Counted from the stretch's first letter, positions 50,541 through 60,427 are shown. The stretch is DNA of 60,482 bases from an uncultured Candidatus Peribacteria bacterium (GCA_964448615.1 CAYUWH010000003.1:1-60482), one strand, 5' to 3'. Translations and numbers: made by a program. Notes: generated from the sequence alone by a model not told the origin.

Positions 50541-51482
50541 ATGCCCATATCCTGGACCAACCGTCGTGTACTTGTGACTGGCGGGACAGGATTTATCGGC
50601 AGTTTCTTGGTGGAATATTTGTTGCAGAAAGGGGCTAAAATTCGCGTGCCGGTTCGTGATGGGAATCCGAAGTTTCTTGCGCCATATCAAAATGCGATTG
50701 AATGGATGGAGGGCGATCTTCGTGATGGCGCGTTTTGCACGACGCTCGTTGAAGGCATCGATGAAGTGTTTCACCTCGCGAGTCATCGGCGCAATGTGGC
50801 GCACCATCACGCGCATCCCAGTGACGTTGCGAACGACAATATACGGATGACATTGGTATTGCTCGAAGGGTTGAAAGCGCAAGAACGAACGGTGCGCGTC
50901 ACGTTCTTCAGCACGGGGAACATTCCGCCCTCGCTCGATCCCACCGCCTTTGCGCAATCCGAGAAGCTCGACGGCTATATCCTCGGGAAGTCATTGTGCG
51001 AAACGCTTTGGTTGGCCGCCTCCAAACAGCGGGGTTTTCCGTTGCTGATTTTGCGCCCGGTCGGTGTGTACGGTCCGCGTGATACGTTCACAGTAGAGAG
51101 CAATGTGATCCCGGCGCTCATAGTGAGGAATCAGGAAGCAGAGAAAGAACTCTCAGTATGGGGCGACGGTGCACAGCAGCGTGCGTTTTTGTATGTCGAA
51201 GATCTCATCAAGGCAACGATGAAGCTGCATGATGCCGAGGTTGTAGGCATCCATTACGTCACGCCCGGTACGATGGTGACCGTGCGAGAGCTTGCGGAAA
51301 CGATCCGTGATCTCGTGAAGCCCGGTTTGCCGATCGTGTTTGATGCGAGCAAAACAACTGGCACGCATGCGCCACCACCATTACCCATCCATCCGCTCTT
51401 GAGCTCAATGAAGTGGACTCCACTGGCGGAGGGGCTAGAGTGTGCATACCGGTGGTGGAACGAGACCCGTCGTGGGTCGTAA
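50541..51482 (+). CDS. NAD(P)-dependent epimerase/dehydratase (extended SDR)
   Basis: RRVLVTGGTGFIGSFLV. Start set at the internal Met (MPISWTN). Confidence 0.8.
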   Translation: MPISWTNRRVLVTGGTGFIGSFLVEYLLQKGAKIRVPVRDGNPKFLAPYQNAIEWMEGDLRDGAFCTTLVEGIDEVFHLASHRRNVAHHHAHPSDVANDNIRMTLVLLEGLKAQERTVRVTFFSTGNIPPSLDPTAFAQSEKLDGYILGKSLCETLWLAASKQRGFPLLILRPVGVYGPRDTFTVESNVIPALIVRNQEAEKELSVWGDGAQQRAFLYVEDLIKATMKLHDAEVVGIHYVTPGTMVTVRELAETIRDLVKPGLPIVFDASKTTGTHAPPPLPIHPLLSSMKWTPLAEGLECAYRWWNETRRGS

Positions 51483-51509
51483 GATTTCCCGTTATTCTGT
51501 ACTCCGCGC

Positions 51510-52259
51510 ATGCCGAAAATTCTCATCATCGTGCCGTGCTACAACGAACGCGAAAACATCGCGCAGCTCATTGAGGCTGTGCTCGCGCAATCGCCGGATA
51601 TCGATGTGCTGATCGTTGATGATCAATCCCCGGATGGCACGTCGCCGTTGGTGGAGAGTTTGATTCCACAATACGCCGGGCGCTTGATGTTGTTTTCTCG
51701 TAGCGGCAAAGGAGGAAGAGGCTCTGCAGTCCTGGCAGGTTTTCGTTTTGCGCTTCAAAGAAAGTACGAGTTGGTCTTTGAGATGGATGCAGACTTTTCC
51801 CATGAGCCCACCGAAATTCCGCGCTTCCTGGAAAAAATCAAAGATGTGGATTTTGTCATCGGATCGCGCTATTTGCCGGGCAGCGAAATCCGGGAGTGGA
51901 GTCGGAAGCGTACGTTCTTCAGTTTCTGGGCGAATCATTATGCGCGGTTGGTCCTGAGGATTCCACTTTCCGATTACACCAACGGCTATCGTTGTTACCG
52001 CAGAAAGGCGCTGGAAGCATTGGAAATGGAGAAGATCGATGCGAAAGGGTATGTCGTCTTATCCGAAGTCGCGTATCAGCTCTACAAAAAAGGATTCACG
52101 ATCGGTGAGGTGCCGACCGTCTTCGTCAATCGCCGCCGGGGGATTTCCAATCTCTCCGGCAAAGAGATCAAAGAGGCGTTTTTTTCCGTTCTGCGCATTC
52201 GCTGGAATTACTCCCGTTTCGGCAAGGGGCTCGATCGTGCAAAGCGCAAAAAGGCGTAA
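51510..52259 (+). CDS. polyprenol-phosphate mannose/glucose synthase-like GT2
   Basis: ILIIVPCYNERENI, LIVDDQSPDGT and MDADFSHEP are Dpm1/Ppm1-like GT2 motifs. Confidence 0.8.
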   Translation: MPKILIIVPCYNERENIAQLIEAVLAQSPDIDVLIVDDQSPDGTSPLVESLIPQYAGRLMLFSRSGKGGRGSAVLAGFRFALQRKYELVFEMDADFSHEPTEIPRFLEKIKDVDFVIGSRYLPGSEIREWSRKRTFFSFWANHYARLVLRIPLSDYTNGYRCYRRKALEALEMEKIDAKGYVVLSEVAYQLYKKGFTIGEVPTVFVNRRRGISNLSGKEIKEAFFSVLRIRWNYSRFGKGLDRAKRKKA

Positions 52260-52303
52260 TCGTCGCATTGCTAAGCGAGAATGGCACTAGTACCATTCTG
52301 GCC

Positions 52304-52720
52304 ATGGATGAAAAGATCGTGACCATCGAAAAAGGCGGCATTACCTATGCAGTCTTTTACCACAGCATTTCCGCTGAAGGAGGTGCGCGTTTCTTGACAG
52401 ACCCGAAGGAAGAATTCCAAGCAGGCGTGATGGAACGCGCGAAAGGGTATGTTGTGCAGCCGCATGCGCATCCGCGTGGCGAGCGTGGCGTACAGGGTTT
52501 CAGTGAATTCCTCTACATTGAGAAAGGTTCGATCCGCGTGACGGTCTATGATGAAGAGTGGAATATCCTTGGTGTGCATGTGCTTGGTCCGAGTGATTTT
52601 CTGCTCTTCCATCGTGGAGGACATAGCGTGGAAGTGATCGAAGATTGCCGTATGGTCGAGGTGAAGCAAGGGCCGTATCTCGGCAATGCAACGCGCAAGA
52701 ATTTTCAGCCTCCGCTATGA
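52304..52720 (+). CDS. cupin-fold protein (WxcM/FdtA-like sugar isomerase candidate)
   Basis: GYVVQPHAHPRGERGVQGFSEFLYIEKGSIRV...GGHSVEV is a cupin two-His pattern. The start is uncertain (a TTG at 52268 is the alternative). Confidence 0.5.
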   Translation: MDEKIVTIEKGGITYAVFYHSISAEGGARFLTDPKEEFQAGVMERAKGYVVQPHAHPRGERGVQGFSEFLYIEKGSIRVTVYDEEWNILGVHVLGPSDFLLFHRGGHSVEVIEDCRMVEVKQGPYLGNATRKNFQPPL

Positions 52721-53838
52721 AAGTCCCCGTCAACGAACCCGTCATTGCGCCCGAAGCGCGGCAATACGTGATCGATGCGCTCGATACCGGGTGGATTTCG
52801 TCTGCCGGTCCCATGATCACGCGGTTCGAACAGGAGTTTGCGGCGTACCTCGGCATGCAGCATGGCATTGCGGTGATGAATGGAACGGCTGCACTGCACC
52901 TGGCATTACTCTGTCTTGATATCGGTCCCGGCGATGAGGTGATTGTCCCGGATTCCACCATGATCGCGACCGTCACGGCCGTGATGTACACGGGCGCCAT
53001 GCCGGTGTTCGTGGATATCGAGCGAGAAACGTTTGCGATCGATCCCGCGAAGATCGAAGCGGCCATCACGCCCAAAACCAAAGCCATCATGCCCGTGCAT
53101 TTGTTCGGGCATAGCGCGGATATGGATCCGATTCTGGCAATCGCGGAGAAGCACAAGCTCTTTGTGGTGGAAGATGCCGCAGAAGTGCATGGCGCCACCT
53201 ACAAGGGCCGCAAGTGTGGTTCGATGGGAGTCATCAATTGTTTTAGCTTCTATGCGAACAAGATCATCTCCACCGGTGAAGGCGGTATGCTCGTGACCAA
53301 CGATGCCACGCTTGCAGAGCGCGCGAAGCGCCTGAGAGATTTGGCACACAGTGCGCAGAAGCGCTTTGTGCACACAGAACTCGGCTACAACTATCGCATG
53401 ACGAATCTCCAGGCGGCGCTCGGTGTCGGGAATCTTGCGCACATCGGAGAGTATCTTGAGAAGAAGCAGTGGATGGGCAAACGGTACGCGGAGGAATTGT
53501 CGGGCATTGCCGGTTTGCGCTTGCCCATCACGAAAGACTACGCGACGAATGTGTACTGGATGTATGCGGTCTTGGTTGAAGATGCGTTCGGGATGACGAA
53601 AGATGCGCTGCGTGCGAAGTTGCTCGAGAAGGGAATCGATACGCGCGATTTCTTTTATCCGTGTCACAGCCAGCCATTTCTGAAGGATCATCCGCAGGCG
53701 GGGAACTCATTTCCTGTCAGCGAAGAGGTTGCGCAGCGCGGCTTTTATCTTCCGTCGGGCATGGCGCTTGCGGAAGAGCAGTTGCGCTATGTATGCGAGA
53801 TGATTCGTCAGATTGCTCGGTCAGTGGACCTTACGTAA
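52717..53838 (+). CDS. DegT/DnrJ/EryC1/StrS sugar aminotransferase
   Basis: MKVPVNEPVIAPEARQYV at the N-terminus. FSFYANKIISTGEGGML carries the PLP lysine. ATGA overlap with the upstream gene. Confidence 0.85.
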   Translation: MKVPVNEPVIAPEARQYVIDALDTGWISSAGPMITRFEQEFAAYLGMQHGIAVMNGTAALHLALLCLDIGPGDEVIVPDSTMIATVTAVMYTGAMPVFVDIERETFAIDPAKIEAAITPKTKAIMPVHLFGHSADMDPILAIAEKHKLFVVEDAAEVHGATYKGRKCGSMGVINCFSFYANKIISTGEGGMLVTNDATLAERAKRLRDLAHSAQKRFVHTELGYNYRMTNLQAALGVGNLAHIGEYLEKKQWMGKRYAEELSGIAGLRLPITKDYATNVYWMYAVLVEDAFGMTKDALRAKLLEKGIDTRDFFYPCHSQPFLKDHPQAGNSFPVSEEVAQRGFYLPSGMALAEEQLRYVCEMIRQIARSVDLT

Positions 53839-53885
53839 GGTCCACTGCTTCGCTAGACTGGAATTCTCGCTTTCCCGTGTTTTTC

Positions 53886-54602
53886 ATGCACCTCAAGCCC
53901 GCTAGCATTTCGGTGGTGATGCCTTCGTACAATGAGAAAGATAATATCGTCGAAGCGATCACGCGCATCGAGCAGTCGTTGGGTGAAGCATTGCTCGAAA
54001 TCGTCATTGTCGATGACAACAGTCCGGACCTCACGTGGAAGATCGTGGAAGATCTTCGCAATCCCAAGTGTCGTCTTATTCGGCGCATGGACAAGCGTGG
54101 GCTCGCATCTGCGCTTGCCGATGGCACCAAAGCCGCGAAGGGGGAATACGTGGTGTGGCTCGATTGCGATTTGGGAATCCCTCCCGAAGACATTCAAAAA
54201 CTCGTCGAGCAACTCGATCAGTATGATATTGCGATTGGTTCGCGCTATATGCCCGGCGGCATGGATACGCGTCCGAAGTTCCGCGCGTTTTTGAGTTTGG
54301 TCTTCAATACGTACGCTCGCATCATTCTCGGCTATAAGTTCTGGGATTGGACCTCCGGCTTTGCCGCCGCGCGGAAAACGGCGTTGGATCTCGCGCCGCT
54401 TTCCGAGAACGGATTCGGCGAATACTTCATCGAATGGGTGTATGACGCGTTTGGGAAAAAGCTGCGCATCGTGGAAGTGCCGTATCGGTACGGATTGCGG
54501 AAGGCGGGCGTTTCGAAGACGGATGGCAATATCCGGGTCTTTTTGAAGCTCGGTTTCAACTATGCATCGAGAGTGTTAGCCATTAGGATGGGACGGAAAT
54601 GA
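53886..54602 (+). CDS. polyprenol-phosphate sugar synthase-like GT2
   Basis: SVVMPSYNEKDNI, VIVDDNSPDLT and LDCDLGIPPED. Start set at MHLKPAS. Confidence 0.8.
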   Translation: MHLKPASISVVMPSYNEKDNIVEAITRIEQSLGEALLEIVIVDDNSPDLTWKIVEDLRNPKCRLIRRMDKRGLASALADGTKAAKGEYVVWLDCDLGIPPEDIQKLVEQLDQYDIAIGSRYMPGGMDTRPKFRAFLSLVFNTYARIILGYKFWDWTSGFAAARKTALDLAPLSENGFGEYFIEWVYDAFGKKLRIVEVPYRYGLRKAGVSKTDGNIRVFLKLGFNYASRVLAIRMGRK

Positions 54603-55861
54603 GTACTTCTTCCGCGATTCCCCCAACAACGAGCATTACGCGCTGTCGTGAATGCGGCAGTGAAAACATCACGGATCTCTATTCGATCGGGAATTTGTAC
54701 GTGTCCGATTTCGTCCCGGCCGATAAAGTCCACGCCGGCATCAAGGCGCCGCTGGAGATGGTGATGTGCGAACAGTGTTCATTGGTGCAGCTGCGTCACA
54801 CCGCGCCGCAGGAAATTCTCTATAGTAGATTTTATTGGTATCGCTCCGGCGTGACGGACACCATGAAAAAGGCGCTGAGGAATATCACGAGCGACATCGA
54901 GAAGCGCATTCCACTGAAGGCTGGAGATATCGTTCTGGATATTGGCTCCAATGACGGGACCATGTTGCGGACCTACGAAGTGCCCGGACTCGTGAAGGTT
55001 GGTGTAGAGCCAGCGTCGAACTTGGCAGTAGAAGGCGCGAGAGGGCTTGATGAGTTCATCAATGATTTCTGGATCTATGAGAACTATCAAAAGGTGGTGC
55101 CCAAGAAGGCGAAAGTAATCACGGCAATCGGGATGTTTTACGATATGGAAGATCCCAACCAATTTATTCGGGATGCGGCGTATGCGCTTGAGGATGACGG
55201 CGTGTTCATCGCGCAGCTGATGTGTCTGAAAAACATGTTGGATACCAACGACGTGGGGAATATCTGCCACGAACATTTGGAATTCTATTCGCTCTCGGCG
55301 CTCGAATATTTGTTTGAGAAAAATGGCTTCACACTGATCGATATTGAGCACAACAATGTGAATAACGGGAGCTACCGCGTGTATGCCGGCTTGAAAAATG
55401 GCAATCCGCCGAAGATGCCTGAGGGTGCTGCGGAGAGACTCAAGAAATATCGCGATGACGAACAATCGCTGACGGACAAGAAGGTACATGCGGATTTCTT
55501 CGCGAGAATCGAAGCGCAGAAAAAGGCCTGCGTCGATTTCGTGAAAGCCGAAGTTGCAAAGGGAAAGCGTGTATGGATCTACGGAGCTTCCACGAAGGGA
55601 AACACGATCCTCCAGTATTACGGCTTGGATCACACCTTGATCGAAGGCGCCTCCGAGCGCAGTCCGGAGAAGTGGGGGAAAGTGACGGTTGGCACCGGTA
55701 TTCCCATTTTCTCGGAAGAAGACGCGCGCAAAGCGAATCCCGATTACTTCCTCGTATTGCCGTACACCTTCTTTGATGAGTTCTACCGCCGCGAGGAAGC
55801 CTGGCGAAATGGCGGCGGGAAGTTTATCGTACCTCTCCCTGAGTTCCGGGTTGTTGCATAA
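54599..55861 (+). CDS. sugar C-methyltransferase (Zn-ribbon + class I SAM MTase + C-terminal domain)
   Basis: CRECGS...CEQCSLVQL is an N-terminal Cys4 ribbon. VLDIGSNDGT is the SAM motif I. At 420 aa it matches the TylC3/NovU-type architecture. Confidence 0.7.
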   Translation: MSTSSAIPPTTSITRCRECGSENITDLYSIGNLYVSDFVPADKVHAGIKAPLEMVMCEQCSLVQLRHTAPQEILYSRFYWYRSGVTDTMKKALRNITSDIEKRIPLKAGDIVLDIGSNDGTMLRTYEVPGLVKVGVEPASNLAVEGARGLDEFINDFWIYENYQKVVPKKAKVITAIGMFYDMEDPNQFIRDAAYALEDDGVFIAQLMCLKNMLDTNDVGNICHEHLEFYSLSALEYLFEKNGFTLIDIEHNNVNNGSYRVYAGLKNGNPPKMPEGAAERLKKYRDDEQSLTDKKVHADFFARIEAQKKACVDFVKAEVAKGKRVWIYGASTKGNTILQYYGLDHTLIEGASERSPEKWGKVTVGTGIPIFSEEDARKANPDYFLVLPYTFFDEFYRREEAWRNGGGKFIVPLPEFRVVA

Positions 55862-55863
55862 CT

Positions 55864-56838
55864 ATGGCCAAAAAAGCTCTCATTACAGGCATTACCGGCC
55901 AAGACGGCAGTCATCTTGCGGAGTTGTTGCTGAGCAAGGGTTACGAAGTGCACGGCCTGTATCGCCATACGGCGACCGGGAATTTGCGCAATATCGAACA
56001 TCTTTTGGAGAAGATCACGCTCCATCGCGGCGATCTCGGAGACGTGCCGTCGCTCTATCGCATCATCCAATCGGTTCGTCCTCAGGAAATTTATAACGAA
56101 GGCGATCAGGATCATGCAGGCTGGAGTTACGATCTCACGGATTATGCTGCGGATATCACGGGCTCCGCGCCGGGCCGTATTTTGGAAATCATCCGCCAGA
56201 CCGATCCGACGATTCGCTTCTTCCAGCCGTTGACCTCGAACATGTTTGGGAAGACGGATTATGAGAAGCAGAATGAAGAAACGCCGTTGATGCCGCAGAG
56301 TCCGTATGCGTGTGCAAAGGCGTATGCGTGGATGGTGACGAAGTATTATCGCCAGGTTCATAAAATCTTCGCCTCGACCGCGATCTTCTTCAATCATGAA
56401 TCCACGCGCCGCACGGAGGCATATGTGTCTCGCAAAATCACGAAAGCCGTCGCGCGGATTTCATTGGGATTGCAGAAGAAATTGTATTTGGGAGACATGG
56501 ATGCGAAGTTGGATTTTGGGTTTGCAGGGGAGTACATGGAAGCGGCATGGAATATTCTGCAATTGGATACGCCGGATGATTTCGTGATTGGAACCGGCGA
56601 AGCACACTCGGTGCGAGAGTTTGTGGAAGAAGCGTTCCGTCTTGTTGGATTGAATTCCGCGGAGTACGTCGAAGTGGATCCGAAATTATTGCGTCCAGGA
56701 AAGACCAGCACGCTCATTGCGGATTATGCCAAAGCCAATAAAGCCTTCGGCTTCGAGCCGAAAGTGAAATACAAAGAGCTCGTGAAACTCATGCTGGAGC
56801 ATGATGTGGAGGTGGAGAAGAGGAATGCAGGGAAGTGA
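55864..56838 (+). CDS. gmd: GDP-mannose 4,6-dehydratase
   Basis: MAKKALITGITGQDGSHLAELLLSKGYEVHG, SPYACAKAYAW (YxxxK), FNHESTRR. Confidence 0.9.
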   Translation: MAKKALITGITGQDGSHLAELLLSKGYEVHGLYRHTATGNLRNIEHLLEKITLHRGDLGDVPSLYRIIQSVRPQEIYNEGDQDHAGWSYDLTDYAADITGSAPGRILEIIRQTDPTIRFFQPLTSNMFGKTDYEKQNEETPLMPQSPYACAKAYAWMVTKYYRQVHKIFASTAIFFNHESTRRTEAYVSRKITKAVARISLGLQKKLYLGDMDAKLDFGFAGEYMEAAWNILQLDTPDDFVIGTGEAHSVREFVEEAFRLVGLNSAEYVEVDPKLLRPGKTSTLIADYAKANKAFGFEPKVKYKELVKLMLEHDVEVEKRNAGK

Positions 56839-56842
56839 GGAT

Positions 56843-57106
56843 TTATAATTGGTATGCATCCTTGCGATGTTTTACTGCAAGGACAAACAGGATCGAGATG
56901 CGATCATTTTTCACATCGACGAGAATACGATAGTCACCCACACGAAAACGATGACTGCCGAAATCGGAATTTTTCAGGGGTTTTGCAAAGGAAAGAGGAT
57001 CTTCTTGGGCTACAAACCATTGCATTTTCTCAACGATTCTACGAGCAAGCTTTGGTGGAAGCTTCGTTAAGCTTTTTACGGCAGGCTCGGCAAATACCAA
57101 TTTCAT
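56843..57106 (-). CDS. type II toxin, RelE/ParE family
   Basis: 87 aa. FRVGDYRILVDVKNDRISILFVLAVKHRKDAY is the typical RelE/ParE C-terminal pattern. Overlaps the upstream antitoxin by 4 nt. Confidence 0.75.
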   Translation of the reverse strand: MKLVFAEPAVKSLTKLPPKLARRIVEKMQWFVAQEDPLSFAKPLKNSDFGSHRFRVGDYRILVDVKNDRISILFVLAVKHRKDAYQL

Positions 57107-57348
57107 TGTTTAATCATATCAAGCACTTCCTCGGGCGAATAGACTTTTCCTGCTTTGATCGCTTTGCGAGCCTCGGCAACTTCTTTTGCCAAGGATTCCA
57201 GAGAATCTCCATTCGTGACTGGTGTCACATGAGCCACGGGTTCGGAATGTCTCATAATCACAAAATGCACATTCTTTTCCTGCGCCTCTTTCAGGAATTT
57301 AGTCATGTTTTCACGGAATGCGCGGATGCTGACGGTTTTGGTGGTCAT
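57103..57348 (-). CDS. type II antitoxin (Phd/YefM-like)
   Basis: MTTKTVSIRAFRENMTKFLKEAQEKNVHFVIMRHSEPVAHVTPV is a Phd/YefM-type N-terminus. Start set at the internal Met. Confidence 0.65.
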   Translation of the reverse strand: MTTKTVSIRAFRENMTKFLKEAQEKNVHFVIMRHSEPVAHVTPVTNGDSLESLAKEVAEARKAIKAGKVYSPEEVLDMIKQ

Positions 57349-57450
57349 GGCAAAAAGAAAGAATGCATAAATAGTGTACACAAATGTGATCACAAATGCA
57401 ATAGATTGATTTGGAGGGGGAGAAGAGGAATGTGAGACAGTAATTTGAGT

Positions 57451-58101
57451 TTATAACTTAATAGTCCGAAGGTGAGGTATTTTTACCGTACCGCCATGAC
57501 TTTGTTTTCCATTGTTATGCGAAAAAGAGAACATGCCATTTTTTGTTTTATTGCTCTTTGCACAGCGAAAACGAGCTGGTTGCTGACAGCGAGGACATAG
57601 GAAGGCGACACCTAAACGATCTGCAATTTCACTGATGAGAGCAGTGAGATTTTTATTCTCTTCCAATGATCCATAATCGTTACCCTCTATTGTTCTTAAC
57701 AATTCGGCGAATGCCTCTTTGGATGGTTCGAGTACCTGTTCAACCGAAATAAGAAATTCTTGTAATTGTTCAAAGTGCGATGCCATCACTTTTTCTCGTT
57801 GAGTCTTGCCCGTCAATAACTCCTCAATCGACAACGAAAGTGCTTTGGCCAAAGCGAGTAGGGTGGAGAGACGAGGGTCTTCATCGAGGCTTTCAGCCAA
57901 AATGCGACTGACTGCCGATCTTGCATCGTTTATGGCAAAACCCATACGCACGCCAATTTCTTCCAGGGAGAGCCCCGAATATTCCACGGCCTCGCGGAGA
58001 TGGGTTTTGATTGCCCTAAAATTGGAGGATTCTGATTGGTCTACTACCTGTGATGGATCTTCTGGGTTGGACATCGCCTCCACTATATGTGAATTTGACA
58101 T
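57451..58101 (-). CDS. XRE-family HTH protein with C-terminal Cys-containing domain
   Basis: LSLEEIGVRMGFAINDARSAVSRILA...LSTLLALAKALSLSIEELL is an HTH_XRE pattern. CPRCQ...RFRC lies near the C-terminus. AT-rich. Confidence 0.6.
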   Translation of the reverse strand: MSNSHIVEAMSNPEDPSQVVDQSESSNFRAIKTHLREAVEYSGLSLEEIGVRMGFAINDARSAVSRILAESLDEDPRLSTLLALAKALSLSIEELLTGKTQREKVMASHFEQLQEFLISVEQVLEPSKEAFAELLRTIEGNDYGSLEENKNLTALISEIADRLGVAFLCPRCQQPARFRCAKSNKTKNGMFSFSHNNGKQSHGGTVKIPHLRTIKL

Positions 58102-58188
58102 AATTGCAATTTATATTAATATGTTTTATGTCGAGCCCATTGCTCGATGACTCAATAGTTCGTTCACACGAAGAGAAAAGGAGCAGTC

Positions 58189-58989
58189 ATGCGTATCTGG
58201 GAACGGTTCCCCGAAGTCGCGGCGCGGGTTCGCAAGTCGCACGAAGACGTCGGCCTCGTCGGGCATCATGACTGGGTCCACGCGTTTCGCGTGGCTGAGG
58301 TCGCGTATCAGTGCGCTCTCGAGGAGTGGCCCGACGATCCGCATACTGCGGAACTCGCGGGCCTCGCTGGCCTGTGCCACAACGCGGATCGGATCTTGCA
58401 GGAGCAGAGAAGCATCCGTCATCGGCAGGGACTGCTGGCGGCGGTGACGCCCGCCCTTCAGGGCATTCTCAACGAGGTGGACCTGAAGGCGATCACCACG
58501 GCTGTGCAGAAGATCAGCGTGAGTCGCCGCGATGTGCCGAGCCAGGACACGGCTGTACTTGTGACCATCTGGCTCAACGACGCACTGAATGCGGATGAGG
58601 CCGCAACGGTCATCGATGCGGTACTGAAGCATGACGGTCGCAACGGTGCCGGCGACTCGCGTGTCCTCATCGCCCTCCAAGACGGCGACCGCATCGTCAA
58701 CCTCGATACCGACCTGTTCGTTCGTTCCGGACAGTTCTACCACGAACTGCCGGTCTGGGACTACCGGTACGGTCTCAACGATCCCGAGGCGACCTACCGC
58801 AACCCGAAGACGGTCGCGCGCGACATCGATTACGCGCGTGAGTGGACGGATCCCGCGACTGCCGTCTGCGTGCGTACCCGCAAGGCCAAGGAGATGGCTG
58901 TCGAGCGTGTGAAGCTCTTCAACACCTTCTTCGATGCCCTGAAGGGTCAGCTGACCGAGGAAGGGATCATGCCCTATCCCTTCGCGTAA
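58189..58989 (+). CDS. hypothetical protein, possible HD-domain phosphohydrolase
   Basis: 266 aa. AAAAGGAGCAGTC precedes the ATG. GLVGHHDWVHAFRV is a possible H..HD motif. Markedly GC-rich, and a 299-aa antisense shadow ORF is present. Confidence 0.4.
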   Translation: MRIWERFPEVAARVRKSHEDVGLVGHHDWVHAFRVAEVAYQCALEEWPDDPHTAELAGLAGLCHNADRILQEQRSIRHRQGLLAAVTPALQGILNEVDLKAITTAVQKISVSRRDVPSQDTAVLVTIWLNDALNADEAATVIDAVLKHDGRNGAGDSRVLIALQDGDRIVNLDTDLFVRSGQFYHELPVWDYRYGLNDPEATYRNPKTVARDIDYAREWTDPATAVCVRTRKAKEMAVERVKLFNTFFDALKGQLTEEGIMPYPFA

Positions 58990-59095
58990 ACAACACAGCC
59001 ACGTCGCTCGCGAGCGACGTGGCATTTTATCGTGTCATAACTCATAGACATGCTCTTCTGTGTGCCATAAACTTGGCATACTCTTCCCTATTGCC

Positions 59096-59959
59096 ATGTC
59101 CAAAGGAACCTCCGCCTTCGTGAAACTCCGCAGAGCGCTTGCGCCATCGCTGCGTACTTTGCTGGAACACAGCGCGATTTTGCGGTACCTCGGCGTAAAG
59201 GCGATGTCGTCGTATCTCAAGCCGACGGTGCAGTGGGACGGACATACGGTCTCGGTTGATCCGACGGATTTCGGTGTGTCGTTTGAGTTGGAATCCACCG
59301 GTGAATACGAGGCGAAGTCGATGGAGTACTGCAAGAGTTTCCTCAAGCCTGGCATGACGTTCGTGGATGTCGGCGCCAACGTGGGACTCTTCACACTGAC
59401 GGCTGCGCGCCAAGTGGGACCAACGGGAAAAGTGTTCTCGTTCGAACCCGATGGCGGTAACTGCGGATTACTCAAGAAAAATATTGGACAGAACCACTAC
59501 GCCAATGTCACCGCAGTGCAGAAAGCCGTTACGGATCGCAGCGGCCAGTGCACGCTGTTTCAATCCGGCTTCAACACCGGTGACCACCGCACGTATCATG
59601 TTTCCGACGATCGCAAGCAAGTGACGATCGAATGCGTATCGCTCGACGACTATTTCCCGGCTGGTACCAAGATTGACATGATCAAGATGGATATCGAGGG
59701 GTCGGAAGAGACGGCGCTCAAAGGCATGGAGCGCATCATCAACGAACAGCGCCCTCAGCTGATTATCGAGTGTTGGCCGTCCATGCTGAAGAAAGCGGGT
59801 ACGAATCCACACCAGATGTTTAAATCGATCGAAGACCGTGGCTATGCGCTTTCCCTCATCGATGATGCATCCAATACCATCACGTCGCTCTCTGCGGAGA
59901 AGGCGGTGGATGAATGCATCGCCAAGGAAGTCGCGAATATTCTCTGTGTGCCACGCTGA
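59096..59959 (+). CDS. FkbM family methyltransferase
   Basis: FVDVGANVGLFTL, FSFEPDGGN and MIKMDIEGSEETAL. Start set at MSKGTSA. Confidence 0.8.
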   Translation: MSKGTSAFVKLRRALAPSLRTLLEHSAILRYLGVKAMSSYLKPTVQWDGHTVSVDPTDFGVSFELESTGEYEAKSMEYCKSFLKPGMTFVDVGANVGLFTLTAARQVGPTGKVFSFEPDGGNCGLLKKNIGQNHYANVTAVQKAVTDRSGQCTLFQSGFNTGDHRTYHVSDDRKQVTIECVSLDDYFPAGTKIDMIKMDIEGSEETALKGMERIINEQRPQLIIECWPSMLKKAGTNPHQMFKSIEDRGYALSLIDDASNTITSLSAEKAVDECIAKEVANILCVPR

Positions 59960-60342
59960 TGATTACCATTCGCTCACTGCTCGCGCAATTTGTTGCGTAC
60001 CTCGCGAGCGGCGGAGCGGCGGCGATCTTGGCTCTCGCGTTTTATGCGGTGCTCGTGCAGGCGAATGTGTGGTACGTGGCGGCGTCCGTTCTCTCTGATG
60101 CGCTCGGGCTCTTGCTCGTGTTCGTGTTCAACAAATATCTCGTTTTCCAAAAGAAGGAAAAGACCATTCCCCATGTGGTGCGGTATGCCATCGTGCAAGT
60201 GGCGAATACCGTCATCCAGGCGGCGATTCTCTATGTGCTCGTCCAATTCGCCGGTATGGATAAAATTCTGGCGAGAATCATCAGTATCGGACTCTGTGTT
60301 CCGATGAATTTCCTACTGTATAAGTATTTCGTCTACATTTGA
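59959..60342 (+). CDS. GtrA-family membrane protein
   Basis: 127 aa with four TM helices and NKYLVFQKK, typical of GtrA. The start overlaps the upstream stop (TGATG). Confidence 0.75.
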   Translation: MITIRSLLAQFVAYLASGGAAAILALAFYAVLVQANVWYVAASVLSDALGLLLVFVFNKYLVFQKKEKTIPHVVRYAIVQVANTVIQAAILYVLVQFAGMDKILARIISIGLCVPMNFLLYKYFVYI

Positions 60343-60427
60343 TCCGTCTTCGCCTGCGGGCTACGACGAGATCACGCCATTGTTATGTTGCCTTGTCATC
60401 TAATCTCACGTACTCTACCCACCTTTC

